A stretch of DNA of 64,000 nucleotides from NCBI GenBank assembly GCA_041697335.1, contig JBGUGD010000014.1, positions 81,802-145,801 on the forward strand. Reading direction: 5' to 3'. Made by a program: the position numbers and the translations under genes. The notes under the pieces were generated by a model that did no database searches, had not been told where the DNA came from, and saw only the letters and a program-made list of their open reading frames with translations. This stretch comes from Vampirovibrionaceae bacterium NZW_1234 (lineage in GTDB: Bacteria > Cyanobacteriota > Vampirovibrionia > Vampirovibrionales > JAGQHJ01). Position 1 is the stretch's first letter; every line of letters begins with the position of its first letter. This document shows positions 9,695 to 20,345 of this stretch, piece after piece.

Positions 9695-11377
9695 CTATAT
9701 TTCCCAGTGAGCCAAAACCGCGTCCACCAGCTCGGACAGCCCCTCCACTTTCGCCGAACTGGCCCGAAGCCGCAAAAGCTCCTCCCCAACACAGCGGCGT
9801 CCAAAGGCACGAACAAACCCCGTGAGGGCTTTTTGGGGATCCGTCTCGCTTTGAAGCTTATAGGCTTCCGTGGCCGCAAGATTGCGAAAAGTATGGGTAT
9901 TCTGGCAATGCAGCAGATAGGCCGCCTCTGACAGGCGATACATCATAAGAGGCCGCCAGTCGGTGGTATACAACTCCAGCATCATCGCATCGGCCAGCTG
10001 CTCCAGGTCCTGAAAATAGCCAGCCTCCTCCTGATCACCATCCGCCGCCAAGTAAAGCTGGGTTTTGGTTACAACCTCTTGCAAGACTTTGGTCACCACC
10101 GGATCATCGCCTTGTTCCAGGAACCAGCTGGTAAAGTCCGGATGCTGATACAAATTGTCGGTTTCTTCCAGCCAATCCTTGCGGACCCATTGGTCAAACT
10201 GCTCCAGATCCTCTGGCGGCTGAGGCAGAATATCCGACATCATGGGTTGCCAACACCAGTATTCATAGGGCAGGCGAAAGGCATTGGCGAAATTTCGGGA
10301 CTCGGCCAGGCCCAGTTTATAGGCCGCGAATTCCGGGGAGACTTTGATTTTCGTCGCCCCTTCATGGAACTTATCCACGATCTTAAAGAAATCCCCGGTG
10401 CTGACCTGGTAAAACCCGAAGCAATCAATCAAGCCATGGACATCATTCAGGGCCACACACATCATGGTGATGTCCCCATTGGCTCGCTGACGACTAAACA
10501 GCAGTCCCTGGTTCCCGATGCCATCGCTGATGGTGAGAAAACATTGAAAGGGTAAGGTTTCTTTCGCTAATGAGTGGGGTTCTTCCGCGGGGTGTTCCGC
10601 GTCTTCCTCGCCGGGTTGATACACTCCGGCAAGCTGGAGCTGCTTCAGTGCTTTGCTAATCAGCCGCTCAGGAATCGGCAGCCTGTCTTCAGACCAGAGC
10701 GACAGCCGTGACAGAATCTGAGCTGCTTTGGCCGACCGGGTTTCCCCCAGGTTTTGAACCAGCTGCTCCCACAATTCCGGAGACGGATCGGACAGCAGCA
10801 AGGGAATATAGATATTCACCAGGTATTCCGAGGGATAGTCATGTTGCAAGGTGCCCAACAATCGGGCTTGATCCGGGGCCTCGAGGGACAGAATAAAATC
10901 GATAAAATCAATCAAGGCCTCGGGGTTTTCCGTGGAGACCTCCAGCATGCGGATGGTCTCACGGCCAATCAGGCCTTGGGGATCCTGGAGGTACTCCAGG
11001 TACAAATCAGGATCGGTGGTGTCACCCAGATGACGCAACACCAAATTTGAGGCATCTTTAATCTCATCGGGAACCTTAGGATCCTGAATAACGGCCCAGA
11101 GCTTGTCTTGCAAATACTCGATATTTCCCAACTCCATCAGAAGCTGCATCACCACCTGCATGGTCTGGGTCGACCCCGAGCGTTGCAGCTCCTTGACCAG
11201 TACATCCAGCACCGGCTCCTGGGGTTGAATATCTTGCAGGCGCTTGAGTTGCTTCAGACGCTCATTTTTCGGAGCATCCGCCATACTCACCAGATGCTGG
11301 ACAACGGCCAGCACCTCGCTACGAATCACCAGCTTGCTGGGGTGACTTGACGATCCTGGTGTGTGAGGGGTATTCAT
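9695..11377 (-). CDS. Hypothetical protein (560 aa), helical HEAT-like N-terminal half
   Basis: Long ORF directly upstream of ruvX on the same strand; amphipathic helical repeats; no catalytic motif recognised. Confidence 0.75.
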   Translation of the reverse strand: MNTPHTPGSSSHPSKLVIRSEVLAVVQHLVSMADAPKNERLKQLKRLQDIQPQEPVLDVLVKELQRSGSTQTMQVVMQLLMELGNIEYLQDKLWAVIQDPKVPDEIKDASNLVLRHLGDTTDPDLYLEYLQDPQGLIGRETIRMLEVSTENPEALIDFIDFILSLEAPDQARLLGTLQHDYPSEYLVNIYIPLLLSDPSPELWEQLVQNLGETRSAKAAQILSRLSLWSEDRLPIPERLISKALKQLQLAGVYQPGEEDAEHPAEEPHSLAKETLPFQCFLTISDGIGNQGLLFSRQRANGDITMMCVALNDVHGLIDCFGFYQVSTGDFFKIVDKFHEGATKIKVSPEFAAYKLGLAESRNFANAFRLPYEYWCWQPMMSDILPQPPEDLEQFDQWVRKDWLEETDNLYQHPDFTSWFLEQGDDPVVTKVLQEVVTKTQLYLAADGDQEEAGYFQDLEQLADAMMLELYTTDWRPLMMYRLSEAAYLLHCQNTHTFRNLAATEAYKLQSETDPQKALTGFVRAFGRRCVGEELLRLRASSAKVEGLSELVDAVLAHWEI

Positions 11378-11415
11378 ATTAAGATTGTATTACACTTTCA
11401 GGGATCCGAATCCAT

Positions 11416-12756
11416 ATGGATGCACGAATTAAATCGGTTCAGACGGACAGCATTGCGTGGGAGCTGGGTATTAAACCCGGCGCAAAGCTCCTGGCTATTA
11501 ATGGCCGACGCGATTTGGAAGATCTTTTCGACTATGAGTATGAATCGTCCCTGGAATCTGCGATTATCCTGGAAATTGAGCACCCCAACGGGGAACTGGA
11601 AGAATTTGAAATTGAAAAAGATCCGGAAGAGCCCTTGGGCCTGGAGTTTGAGTCGCCGATTTTCACCCCGATCAAGACCTGCAACAATGCGTGTCCCTTC
11701 TGCTTTATCGACCAACAACCCGAGGGCCTGCGCCCGACGTTGTATGTGAAAGACGACGATTATCGCCTGTCCTACTTCTGCAACACCTATATCACGCTAA
11801 CCAACCTCACCCGCCACGATCGAGAGCGCATTAGCCGGATTCGTCCAGGTCCGCTTTATGTCTCCGTTCACTCCACAGTCCCGGACATCCGCCAACAGCT
11901 TTTGGTCAACCCCAAGGCCGGAGAAATCATGAAAGAGCTGGAGTGGCTGGCCAGTCTCGGGGTTCCCTTTCACGCCCAGCTGGTGATCTGCCCCGGCATC
12001 AACGACGGCGAGAGCTTGACTCAAACCCTCCAAGACCTGGCGACCCTCTACCCTCACTGCCTGTCGGTGGCCGTGGTGCCCGTGGGCCTGACCTCCTACC
12101 GGGGCAACCTGCCCACGCTGACGGCGGTAGACAAAGCCACGGCCATTGATGTCATCAAGCGCCTGCGTGAGTTCCAGAAAACCTCCAAGATCAAGGAATT
12201 CGCCTTTGCCTCCGACGAGTTTTACGTCAGAGCCGACATGCCCATTCCCGGCTACGAGGCTTACGGCGATTTTCCGCAATTGGATGACGGTGTCGGCACG
12301 GCTCGCCTGTTGACGGAAGAATTCTTCAAGCTCGAACACACCCTTCCCAAGTCCATTTCCCCTGAACGTCGCCACATCGCCCTGACGGGCAAGCTGGGGG
12401 GCATGGTGCTTCAACCCATTGTCCAACGCCTGAACCAGGTTCAAGGACTCTATGTCGATCTGGTCATTATCGACAACAAGTTCTGGGGCGAAGCCGTCAC
12501 CGTATCCGGCCTGATTACCGGACAAGACATTCTGAACACACTGGAAGGACAAGACTTGTCCGGTTACCAAAGCATTTTAATTCCTGAAACCATGCTCAAA
12601 TCGGACGACACCTTGTTCCTGGACGGCTTCAGCCTGGCCGACCTCGAAGACCGGCTGAAATGTCCCATCGACGTGGTTGAAGACCCAAGCCGAGCGGAGT
12701 CCCTTCTGGAAGTGCTCTTTGAAGACGAATGGGATCCGGACGAAGCGCTGCTTTAA
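11416..12756 (+). CDS. PDZ / radical SAM-like / DUF512 protein (TIGR03279 type)
   Basis: N-terminal PDZ-like segment, CNNACPFCFIDQ, KDDDYRLS, PGINDG, VVPVGLT, VTVSGLITGQD. Confidence 0.92.
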   Translation: MDARIKSVQTDSIAWELGIKPGAKLLAINGRRDLEDLFDYEYESSLESAIILEIEHPNGELEEFEIEKDPEEPLGLEFESPIFTPIKTCNNACPFCFIDQQPEGLRPTLYVKDDDYRLSYFCNTYITLTNLTRHDRERISRIRPGPLYVSVHSTVPDIRQQLLVNPKAGEIMKELEWLASLGVPFHAQLVICPGINDGESLTQTLQDLATLYPHCLSVAVVPVGLTSYRGNLPTLTAVDKATAIDVIKRLREFQKTSKIKEFAFASDEFYVRADMPIPGYEAYGDFPQLDDGVGTARLLTEEFFKLEHTLPKSISPERRHIALTGKLGGMVLQPIVQRLNQVQGLYVDLVIIDNKFWGEAVTVSGLITGQDILNTLEGQDLSGYQSILIPETMLKSDDTLFLDGFSLADLEDRLKCPIDVVEDPSRAESLLEVLFEDEWDPDEALL

Positions 12757-14636
12757 AACGATGATCGGGCTTTTTCGGCTTTGCTGTTGGGCCCAAAGCT
12801 GACTTGCCGCTTGGGCGGATTAAAAAACACGGGCTTTTTACGGGCCGGCATCCACAGCAAGGTGCCAAAGGTAATTAAAAGATACAGCATCAGGAACGTG
12901 GCCATGGCAATCATCACCATCACCTGGGTAACGGAATCCAGATGCGTCACAAAGAGCAGGCCCAAGGCCATGCCCATCACAATCAGCACCGTCTGTCCAA
13001 AGGCCAGGAGCAGAAATCCGGCTTTCACATAACGGGCCAGGGGCTTCCACTCGTCATAATACAAGCGCGTACGTTGGCTGCTACCGGCCACTGCCCGATC
13101 TTTGCCCGGCAAACCGAGCAGTTGCAGCCCCTCTTTGATGAGGCTGGGGTAGTTCTTGGCGGCATCGGGGCCAAAGAGGCGATCCATCAGATAGGTGCGC
13201 TGCACAAAGTCCTTGGCATATTCCACGGCGATGCCCATAAACTGGATTTGCGGATACAGCGTGGTCGCCACCCCTTCCAGGGTAATCAGGGCCCGGAACA
13301 TGAAGGTAAAGGACGCTGGCAGCCTGAACGGGTAGTAATACATCACTTCGGCCATCTCATCGGCCAAGTGTTCAAAATTCAGCTGATCGTGAGGGACGTT
13401 ATAGTAATTTTCCAAGGCCCACTCGACCAAATGACGCAACTCATCCAAGTCCGCCCCGGGGACAATCATGCCCAGGTCCATCAGGTTTTTCAAAATGGCG
13501 TCCGGACGCTTGTTAACGATATTCAGGAAGGTATTGATCATCTGGACCCGGGTTTCATCCGGAATCCAACCGACCATCCCGAAGTCATAAAAAACGATTT
13601 GCCCCTCGGCGTTTACCACAATATTGCCGGGATGAGGGTCGGCATGAAAGAACCCATCCAACAGCAACTGTTGAAAGTACGACCGCACCAGATTGACAGA
13701 GATCTCATTTCGGGCAAAACCGGCTTCTTCCAGCGTGGCCAAGTCATTTACCTTGGTCCCGGGCAGGTATTCCATCACAATCACCCGACGGGAGGTGTAT
13801 TTCCAGTGAATTTCCGGAATACGAATATGGGGCATATGGGCAAAATTGCGGCGGAACTGATCCGCATTGCGCCCTTCCTGAATATAATCCACCTCTTCAA
13901 AGAGGGTCCGCCCGAATTCATCAATAATATCGACCCATTCCCGGCTCCGTCCCAGCTCGGTGTTGCGCTGCAGGATGCGGGCCACGCGTTTCAGAATGCT
14001 TAAATCCATCATGAACTGCCGGATGAGGTTGGGCCGCTGAACCTTAATCACAGCCAATTGGCCGCTTTTCAGGGTCACCCGGTGTACCTGCCCCAAACTG
14101 GCAGCGGCAATGGGATTCGCATGAAACGTCTCAAAGAGTTCCTCGGGCGCAGCACCCAATTCTTCCTCGATAATGCGCCTGGCCTGAGCCACCGGAAACA
14201 TGGGGACCTTGTCCTGGAGTTCCGACAGCTCCTCGATGTATTCCTTGCGAATCAAATCCACCCGGGTCGAAAGGGATTGCCCCACTTTAATAAACGTAGG
14301 CCCCAGATAGAGAAGTTTCTCCGTAATTTTTCGCCCATGGTCGTGTCGGCGCAACGATTGTGCCCGATCAATGTCTTCTTCGCCAATGTAGCTCCAAATC
14401 TGGCTGTCCCACCACACCATCCACAGAATCTGAAGAAAAAAGCCGAAAATCTCAAAAAAGCGCTGTACCGACTCCCACCAGAGCTGAAAGTCCTGGCGAA
14501 AGGTCTGGAAGGTCAGAATCCGATCAACAAGTTCCGGATCGTAGGTCGGGCAACCATTGACCAACCCACTAAAGCGTGAGTTTGCCTGAAGCTTCGATAC
14601 TGTGTCCTTATCGGACGTGGGGTTCGTCGTCACCAT
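12753..14636 (-). CDS. ABC1/UbiB/AarF atypical kinase
   Basis: LGPTFIKVGQ, AAASLGQVH, VIKVQRP, FFHADPHPGN, YDFGM, plus C-terminal TM helices. Confidence 0.95.
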   Translation of the reverse strand: MVTTNPTSDKDTVSKLQANSRFSGLVNGCPTYDPELVDRILTFQTFRQDFQLWWESVQRFFEIFGFFLQILWMVWWDSQIWSYIGEEDIDRAQSLRRHDHGRKITEKLLYLGPTFIKVGQSLSTRVDLIRKEYIEELSELQDKVPMFPVAQARRIIEEELGAAPEELFETFHANPIAAASLGQVHRVTLKSGQLAVIKVQRPNLIRQFMMDLSILKRVARILQRNTELGRSREWVDIIDEFGRTLFEEVDYIQEGRNADQFRRNFAHMPHIRIPEIHWKYTSRRVIVMEYLPGTKVNDLATLEEAGFARNEISVNLVRSYFQQLLLDGFFHADPHPGNIVVNAEGQIVFYDFGMVGWIPDETRVQMINTFLNIVNKRPDAILKNLMDLGMIVPGADLDELRHLVEWALENYYNVPHDQLNFEHLADEMAEVMYYYPFRLPASFTFMFRALITLEGVATTLYPQIQFMGIAVEYAKDFVQRTYLMDRLFGPDAAKNYPSLIKEGLQLLGLPGKDRAVAGSSQRTRLYYDEWKPLARYVKAGFLLLAFGQTVLIVMGMALGLLFVTHLDSVTQVMVMIAMATFLMLYLLITFGTLLWMPARKKPVFFNPPKRQVSFGPNSKAEKARSSF

Positions 14637-15015
14637 GGCTCTTTTCGGTACTGACCATCATTCGTTTCAAGCTGCGGATATCGGCTTTCAGCTCCGCCAG
14701 GTCGGCCCGAAGCTCATTGAGTTCCATCAAATCCCGGTCCACGGTAGCGGTTGCCGCCCCGTTTTCCAATTGCTCCACCTTGCGGGTCAGATTCTGCTCA
14801 AACTGGCTCATGGCCCGCTTAATTTCACCTAACGCCCGATCGGCGTATTCGTCCATGGGGTCCACGTCGGCGGCATATTTCTCGCCGCGCTGGTGATGAA
14901 CCTGCCCATTTTGGCGGCCATTGGCCTTATAGGGCTGCTCGGTTCCAGCCAGGCCGGACAGGATGCCAAACAACCATTTAAAAAAAACACGAAACAGGGT
15001 GCGAAACAACATCAT
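14608..15015 (-). CDS. Small coiled-coil protein overlapping the ABC1 kinase start
   Basis: C-terminal heptads ELNELRADLAELKADIRSL. It resembles the small gene I recall preceding ABC1 kinases in cyanobacteria (not verified). Confidence 0.7.
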   Translation of the reverse strand: MMLFRTLFRVFFKWLFGILSGLAGTEQPYKANGRQNGQVHHQRGEKYAADVDPMDEYADRALGEIKRAMSQFEQNLTRKVEQLENGAATATVDRDLMELNELRADLAELKADIRSLKRMMVSTEKSHGDDEPHVR

Positions 15016-15901
15016 CGGGGTTAACCTCGTCTCCAGAATTTATTGTGCAGTAAGGGGTCCCATACGGTATTATGCCGCGTTGCATTTAAAATCCAAGTCC
15101 ATCAGATTCAGGACATTTGAAAAAAAATCGGTCTTCTGTGTGAGCCATGGGGTGCTTTAACGTGTTCGTCCCAGTGGGGTGCTTCGCACAAAGCAAAGTT
15201 CAGGAACGCAGCCAAAAATGCTGCGTTCCTGAGAAGAAAACACTCCCAACCAAAACAAATATTGAGCCAGCGTTGTATTCCAGCGCGCCCAAATCCCGCT
15301 CACTCGCAAAACAAATCTATTCAAGCTGCATGGGGTGTCCATCATAACCCTACCACGTACAATCCAACGACAAAATAATCGCTTCTTCCTTAACAGGAGT
15401 AGTAACACCACTGATGCGATTTTGATGCTAGTTTGTAAAAAACTTGTTACATTTGTTTTATTCCATGGCCAACACATTGTCACAGAGGCCTTTTTTCCTT
15501 CTAGTGAACGCTACCGTAACGCCTATCCATCCTCTTGCCATGTGTAACAATTTTGCAAAATTTCGCTTTGCCCCAGGGAGGGGTGGGAATACTTATATTA
15601 GCGAGTCCAAACAATATCAACTCCTCTTTCATCTAGACCAAACTTTTTTCTCCTTCCAAGTGTGGTGCTGTTAGTGTCTGCTAACAGCTTTTTCTTTTTG
15701 TCCAAGGCTATTTTTTCAAGCCTGCCTTGGCATACATCCTTGTTTCTTAAAGCCTCCTGCACGGATGATGGATTGGGATTCCTCTGTCTTTCAGGCACAA
15801 TTTAGATGGTTCCTCGTCACCTGAGGATAGGCGTCTGCCACACGGATGTCCGAGACCCTTCGAAACCATATTATTGTGGAACCCAAGGAGAGACTGATTT
15901 T

Positions 15902-16666
15902 ATGTCATTGACCCGCTTTTTCAGAAACACCCTGGCTGCCCTGTCCATTGGACTCATTGCCTTGCTCCCGTTACCTGCCATGGCCGATGATGAGCTACCG
16001 GCCCAAATCATTCAAGTCCAGGGGAACGGGTCAATTACCACGCAGCCCGATGCCTTTTCCGTCCAAGTCAGCGTGCAAACGGAAGGCAAAACCGTGGAGG
16101 CGGCCCGAAACAGCAACAGCCAAAAAATGAACGCCGTCATTCAGCGCCTGAAAGCCCTGAATATTCCCAACCTGAACCTGAAAACCGCCGGGTTCTATGT
16201 CTCTCCCATTCGCGAATCCGAACGCATGCCGTCGCCGCGCAGCACCAAAACGGATAATATCATTGCCTACCGGGTGGTGAACCAATTGGCCGTCAAGTTG
16301 GAAAATGCCTCACCCGAAGCCCTGAGCACCTATGCCAGCCAGGTTCTGGATACGGCCCTGGCCGCCGGTGCCAACGAGGCCGGGGGCATTAACTTCTACC
16401 TCAGCAAAAATAACACGGCCCAGCAGGAGGCCCTGGAACTGGCCATCAAACAAGCCCGGCAAATTGCAGATACCGCGGCCAAAGCCGCCGGCGTCAGGGT
16501 AACCGGCATTTACAACATGGAAACCCAGGCCAGCTACATGCCTCTGCAACGGAGTTATGTGGGTGCCGCCATGGCCGAAGCCAAGTCCTACGCACCCACC
16601 CCGGTGGAAACCGGCGATCTGGAAGTCAGTGCCAGCGTTACCGTGCGCTATATCTTCGCCCAATAA
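15902..16666 (+). CDS. SIMPL (DUF541) domain exported protein
   Basis: Signal peptide ending AMA, IQVQGNGSITTQPD, YRVVNQLAV, LAAGAN, VSASVTVRY; RBS AAGGAG. Confidence 0.9.
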   Translation: MSLTRFFRNTLAALSIGLIALLPLPAMADDELPAQIIQVQGNGSITTQPDAFSVQVSVQTEGKTVEAARNSNSQKMNAVIQRLKALNIPNLNLKTAGFYVSPIRESERMPSPRSTKTDNIIAYRVVNQLAVKLENASPEALSTYASQVLDTALAAGANEAGGINFYLSKNNTAQQEALELAIKQARQIADTAAKAAGVRVTGIYNMETQASYMPLQRSYVGAAMAEAKSYAPTPVETGDLEVSASVTVRYIFAQ

Positions 16667-16676
16667 AGGTTGCCCT

Positions 16677-17018
16677 TTAATAACAACGCATGATCTGGCC
16701 TGACACCGGAGGCAGATGGGCGTTGCCGTTGGCTTCCAGCGGCAGCATGGAGCCCATCGGTTCCACCGGGCACTCTGATGAAGTCCGAATGGTCCGGTTC
16801 AACCCGGGATTGATGACCGGCCAACTCCCCATCATCGTGCCAACAGGCACTGTATAGTTGGGAAATATCCAGGGTCCCGGAGTCGGGATAAACGGACGTG
16901 CTGACGCTTTGGGACGCATCAGGGGATTGTCATAGTCGTATAAAATTCGCTCCCCACGGGGGCCCTGACCTTTTCGCAAGCGCTCAATCACGCCGCCTTG
17001 ATACAAAATTCTCGGCAT
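16677..17018 (-). CDS. Hypothetical Pro-rich protein (113 aa)
   Basis: ATG with upstream AGGTGG; ORF fills the gap between neighbouring genes. Confidence 0.5.
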   Translation of the reverse strand: MPRILYQGGVIERLRKGQGPRGERILYDYDNPLMRPKASARPFIPTPGPWIFPNYTVPVGTMMGSWPVINPGLNRTIRTSSECPVEPMGSMLPLEANGNAHLPPVSGQIMRCY

Positions 17019-17098
17019 ACATCCACCTATAGCAAATTATCCACACACACGTACATAGGCATAAAAACACCGTGGGCTGTGCTTTTTCCTAAAACAAT

Positions 17099-18241
17099 CT
17101 AAAGAATTTGTCGGTGTGCGTTTTCGGCACAAATGGCCATATTGTCCTGAACAATCCGCAACAGCGCCTGAGTCCGCTTCTCAGAAGCGCTGGGCAATGG
17201 AAACCGACTCTCCGGGGTCACTGTCGACGCGAGCTCGGGATGGGTTTGGGCGCTAATATTGCCCGGCGTCCACCAGGCCTCTTCTCCAGGTTTAGCGTCA
17301 AGCCGAATGGGTTCGCCCACGTAAATGCTGCCATCGACGCTGTGAGTGCGGTTCGGATAGGCCAACCCCACCGGCACCACATGAACCCGGCCGGTGCGAT
17401 TCAGCAACAGCTGAATCAGTTTCGCCACACCTGGCTGTACCTGGCTTTCCTCCGGGCGCCATCGCGCCAGCCAGCCTCGCTTGCCTTCGGGAAATAAAAA
17501 AACGTGGGCCTGGTTTTGCCGAAACTGCGTTATCAATGGCCTCAGCACCCGACTGTTCTCCCGGGCCCGATCGGGGGTGGGTGTCACACTGGCATCGATG
17601 CCAATCGCGCCGAGTTTTTCCATGATCTGTTGTACCTTGGGCGCATGCCCCTTCAAGATAGCCTGATTCACCAATATCTTGGGCCGGGGGCAGGTTTCCA
17701 AGCGACCCGCTTGCGCATAGGTTTCATATAAGGCCTTGATTAACGCATGCAGGGCCTTGGCATCTGCAACCGGATTCTGGTGATTCAGTACAAAGACACA
17801 CGGTTCGCCTCGATCGACAATGGCCTTTAACCGCCCCGACTCCGTATTGATCTCATACTGGCCTCCCCCAAAGAAAAAGGTTGCCGCCTCCAATACGGTC
17901 GGAACATATAAGGGGGATGACTCCCTTAACGATTTGACCCGGCGGGCCCATTGCTCTATTGTCGAACGATGAGCCGAATAGAACCGGGCATTGAGGGTTC
18001 GCCGAATCCGAATATCAACCCATTGGCTCAGGGATTGCCACCATGACCCCGAAGAGCGGGGTTCTCCTGAAAAGACCACCCCGGTTTTGGGTGTCCTGAG
18101 GGTTGCTGGAGCAAGGGGATGATTGAGCGAGTGCGGCAATACCAAGCCAGCACTCGCCCCTGTCAGCCTCAACAGGGATTTCTTATGACGATCAGGGGGG
18201 CTCGCACCATAAGGTCCCTGTCTCTGCACCAACAGCATCAT
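17099..18241 (-). CDS. Lysophospholipid/glycerol acyltransferase (PlsC-like) with N-terminal extension
   Basis: NHQNPVAD (HxxxxD), FLFPEG, VPVGLAY, VGEPI. The start is uncertain (ORF is open to 18292). Confidence 0.8.
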   Translation of the reverse strand: MMLLVQRQGPYGASPPDRHKKSLLRLTGASAGLVLPHSLNHPLAPATLRTPKTGVVFSGEPRSSGSWWQSLSQWVDIRIRRTLNARFYSAHRSTIEQWARRVKSLRESSPLYVPTVLEAATFFFGGGQYEINTESGRLKAIVDRGEPCVFVLNHQNPVADAKALHALIKALYETYAQAGRLETCPRPKILVNQAILKGHAPKVQQIMEKLGAIGIDASVTPTPDRARENSRVLRPLITQFRQNQAHVFLFPEGKRGWLARWRPEESQVQPGVAKLIQLLLNRTGRVHVVPVGLAYPNRTHSVDGSIYVGEPIRLDAKPGEEAWWTPGNISAQTHPELASTVTPESRFPLPSASEKRTQALLRIVQDNMAICAENAHRQIL

Positions 18242-18328
18242 CTGTCCCTCTTTCCAACACACCACCACACAAAATCCAACGATCGACGTCACTCAATTCC
18301 TATCGACCGGCATGGCCTTTCCCAATTC

Positions 18329-18646
18329 TCAGCTCGTCTTGGTAGGTCCCTCGTCCGGCTTGGGCTTTACCAGGTCGGCAAGCTTGGGCTTTTTGCGCTC
18401 ATCCTCGGCCTGCCCTTTACCCAGCCCTAGCAGCAACTGTCCCAGGACGAAAACAATGAGGCCCGGAATCACATACTTGATCGGATTGGGCCAGCCATTG
18501 GTTCGAGCCGCCGTGTAGGCGGCCAATTCCGATCCCACGCCGGCAGAGGTCATTGCCGCGCCCACCGCTTTTTTTCCTTCAGCCGACTTTAACGAAAACC
18601 GCGCTCCAAATCGGGCCGCTGTCTGCGGCGATACTGATAACGTCAC
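18329..18646 (-). CDS. Small membrane protein (105 aa)
   Basis: GTG start with strong RBS AGGAGG; one to two hydrophobic helices; N-terminal AARFGARFS. Confidence 0.7.
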   Translation of the reverse strand: MTLSVSPQTAARFGARFSLKSAEGKKAVGAAMTSAGVGSELAAYTAARTNGWPNPIKYVIPGLIVFVLGQLLLGLGKGQAEDERKKPKLADLVKPKPDEGPTKTS

Positions 18647-19538
18647 GTCTACCTCCTGGTGTTATTACTTGACTCTCACTGTGAACACCCCAAGGGCATT
18701 CACCTTCCCCAGCCGCCACATTACGGGCAGGCCGAAGCCTGGTCTTACCTTATGTCCATTCAACACCGTTTTTCTCAGTAATACAGAGAGAGAGAGAGAA
18801 CCGTGACCCGTTCAAAACTCGTTTACAACAAACCTTATTTCCCATGCTGCTCAAAACAGGCGCAGAATACCCATTCTTCACTTCAAAAAGAAGGTGCAGG
18901 GGGAGCAACCGGGGTCGCTCCTCCTGCGGAGTATGCACCACCCACCTGCATTTACATGCAGCACTATGTCAAACTTGTCGATGCCGCTCTGCTGGTCTGT
19001 CACCAACACCCACGGTCTGCCTTTTTCCTGTCCTCACGCGCCCCATAGCCAAGGAACGCCCAACCTAAAATCCCACGGTCTAGCTTGTTGCATCTTGCCT
19101 GTCTTTACCCAGATGGAAGAGAAGAGGAAGCGGGAAAGCATGCTTTCCCCGACTCTCAGACAGGCGATGCCGAGAAGGCCCGAAGGCATAGTCGGTCAAA
19201 AATATACGGAATCGCTAAAAGTCTTTGTCGGAATTGTCCAACACCACCATTCACCTGACAAACACCCATACTGGGTTTACCGTGCGCCCTATCAGCGCGA
19301 TTACAATTCAACATCACATTCACATTCCCAATCATTATTCACCCAACCTACTGTCGTACTTATGTTGTTCATCTTGATACGACTTTATAAAAACCGGTGA
19401 TGGGATCTTTGTGCTAGAAACTCGCCCTTTTCGTTACATTCGTTTACCATAGTAAAATCCGCTAAAAAGTCACCTGGCCTAAATTAGCGACGCCACGCGG
19501 TGTTACGTCAGTACTACCAAAACTCGGTACGAAGGTCC

Positions 19539-20291
19539 ATGATGATTGATATTCCAGGGTTAAACTGGATCTCCCATGCGATGTCGGTGCATTTTATGCG
19601 ACGCACCCATGAGGAAATCGCCCCCCACATGCTGCATTCCGGCCAGACGGCAGCGGATGTTCTTCAGACAGCCCAATCGGTTTTCTCCGCCCGAGTCACC
19701 CTGCAAGCCGCCCCCGACGGCCTCAGCGGACCGTTTTACGATCCCGAGACACGACAAATCTTTTTACCCGAAAGCCTCTTTTCCAGTTCCAGCCTGGCGG
19801 CGGTGGCCCTGGCAGCTCACATTTACGGCCATGCCATGGCCCACCAGTCTCGAAAGCCCCCTCGGCAAACCACCCTTCTGACCAGTTTTACCCGCTTCAG
19901 GCAACAGGCGGACAGGTGGACCAACCGACTGTTTTGGGTGCTTCTGGCAACCATGGCCCTGCTGTTTCTCACCCTGTATGTTCCCGCGCTGGGGGACACA
20001 GGCTCGACGCTCTCGCTCCTGGCAATGACGATTTGCCTCCTCTTGGGGCTGCCCTTTCTTATCCTGTTATTATTGGGACGAACCAGCCACCTGCTGGTGA
20101 AGCTGGTCATCCTCTGGAATGAACATCGGGCCAACCACTTCGCATACAGCCTGTTACGCCGGGGGCATTTTTTAACCCCGACAGAATACTCGTTGATCCG
20201 CCGGTATCTCAGCCACTACACCTCCTACCGCTACGAGGCAGGTTCCTGCGAAATGACCGCCGAGTCATCCGAAACCCCTTCATCTGTATAA
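19539..20291 (+). CDS. Membrane protein of the putative neutral zinc metallopeptidase (YugP-like) family, degenerate HExxH
   Basis: FYDP...SSSLAAVALAAHIYGHAMAH matches the family pattern YDP...S.AAVAVAAHE.GHA.QH, followed by TM helices and an E..A...A motif. The ORF is open from 19500. Confidence 0.75.
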   Translation: MMIDIPGLNWISHAMSVHFMRRTHEEIAPHMLHSGQTAADVLQTAQSVFSARVTLQAAPDGLSGPFYDPETRQIFLPESLFSSSSLAAVALAAHIYGHAMAHQSRKPPRQTTLLTSFTRFRQQADRWTNRLFWVLLATMALLFLTLYVPALGDTGSTLSLLAMTICLLLGLPFLILLLLGRTSHLLVKLVILWNEHRANHFAYSLLRRGHFLTPTEYSLIRRYLSHYTSYRYEAGSCEMTAESSETPSSV

Positions 20292-20345
20292 CGGATTTCC
20301 AGTAGGTCCTCTGGATGGGGTTCTGCCCTCCACAAAATCTGTGGG

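Noticed and set aside
11797..14003. Long antisense ORFs (257 aa at 11797-12570 and 353 aa at 12942-14003), and likewise 22181-23026 and 28418-29323
   Set aside because: These are shadow frames opposite well-supported genes, as expected from GC-biased codon usage.
15016..15900. Long AT-rich intergenic region with short ORFs and TGTxACA-like words
   Set aside because: The ORFs lack RBS and protein-like composition, and the half-site spacing does not fit NtcA (GTA-N8-TAC) or CRP consensus. It is treated as divergent promoter DNA.
17037..17045. Perfect DnaA box TTATCCACA
   Set aside because: It is a single box with no cluster, unwinding element or dnaA/dnaN nearby, so it is not evidence for oriC.
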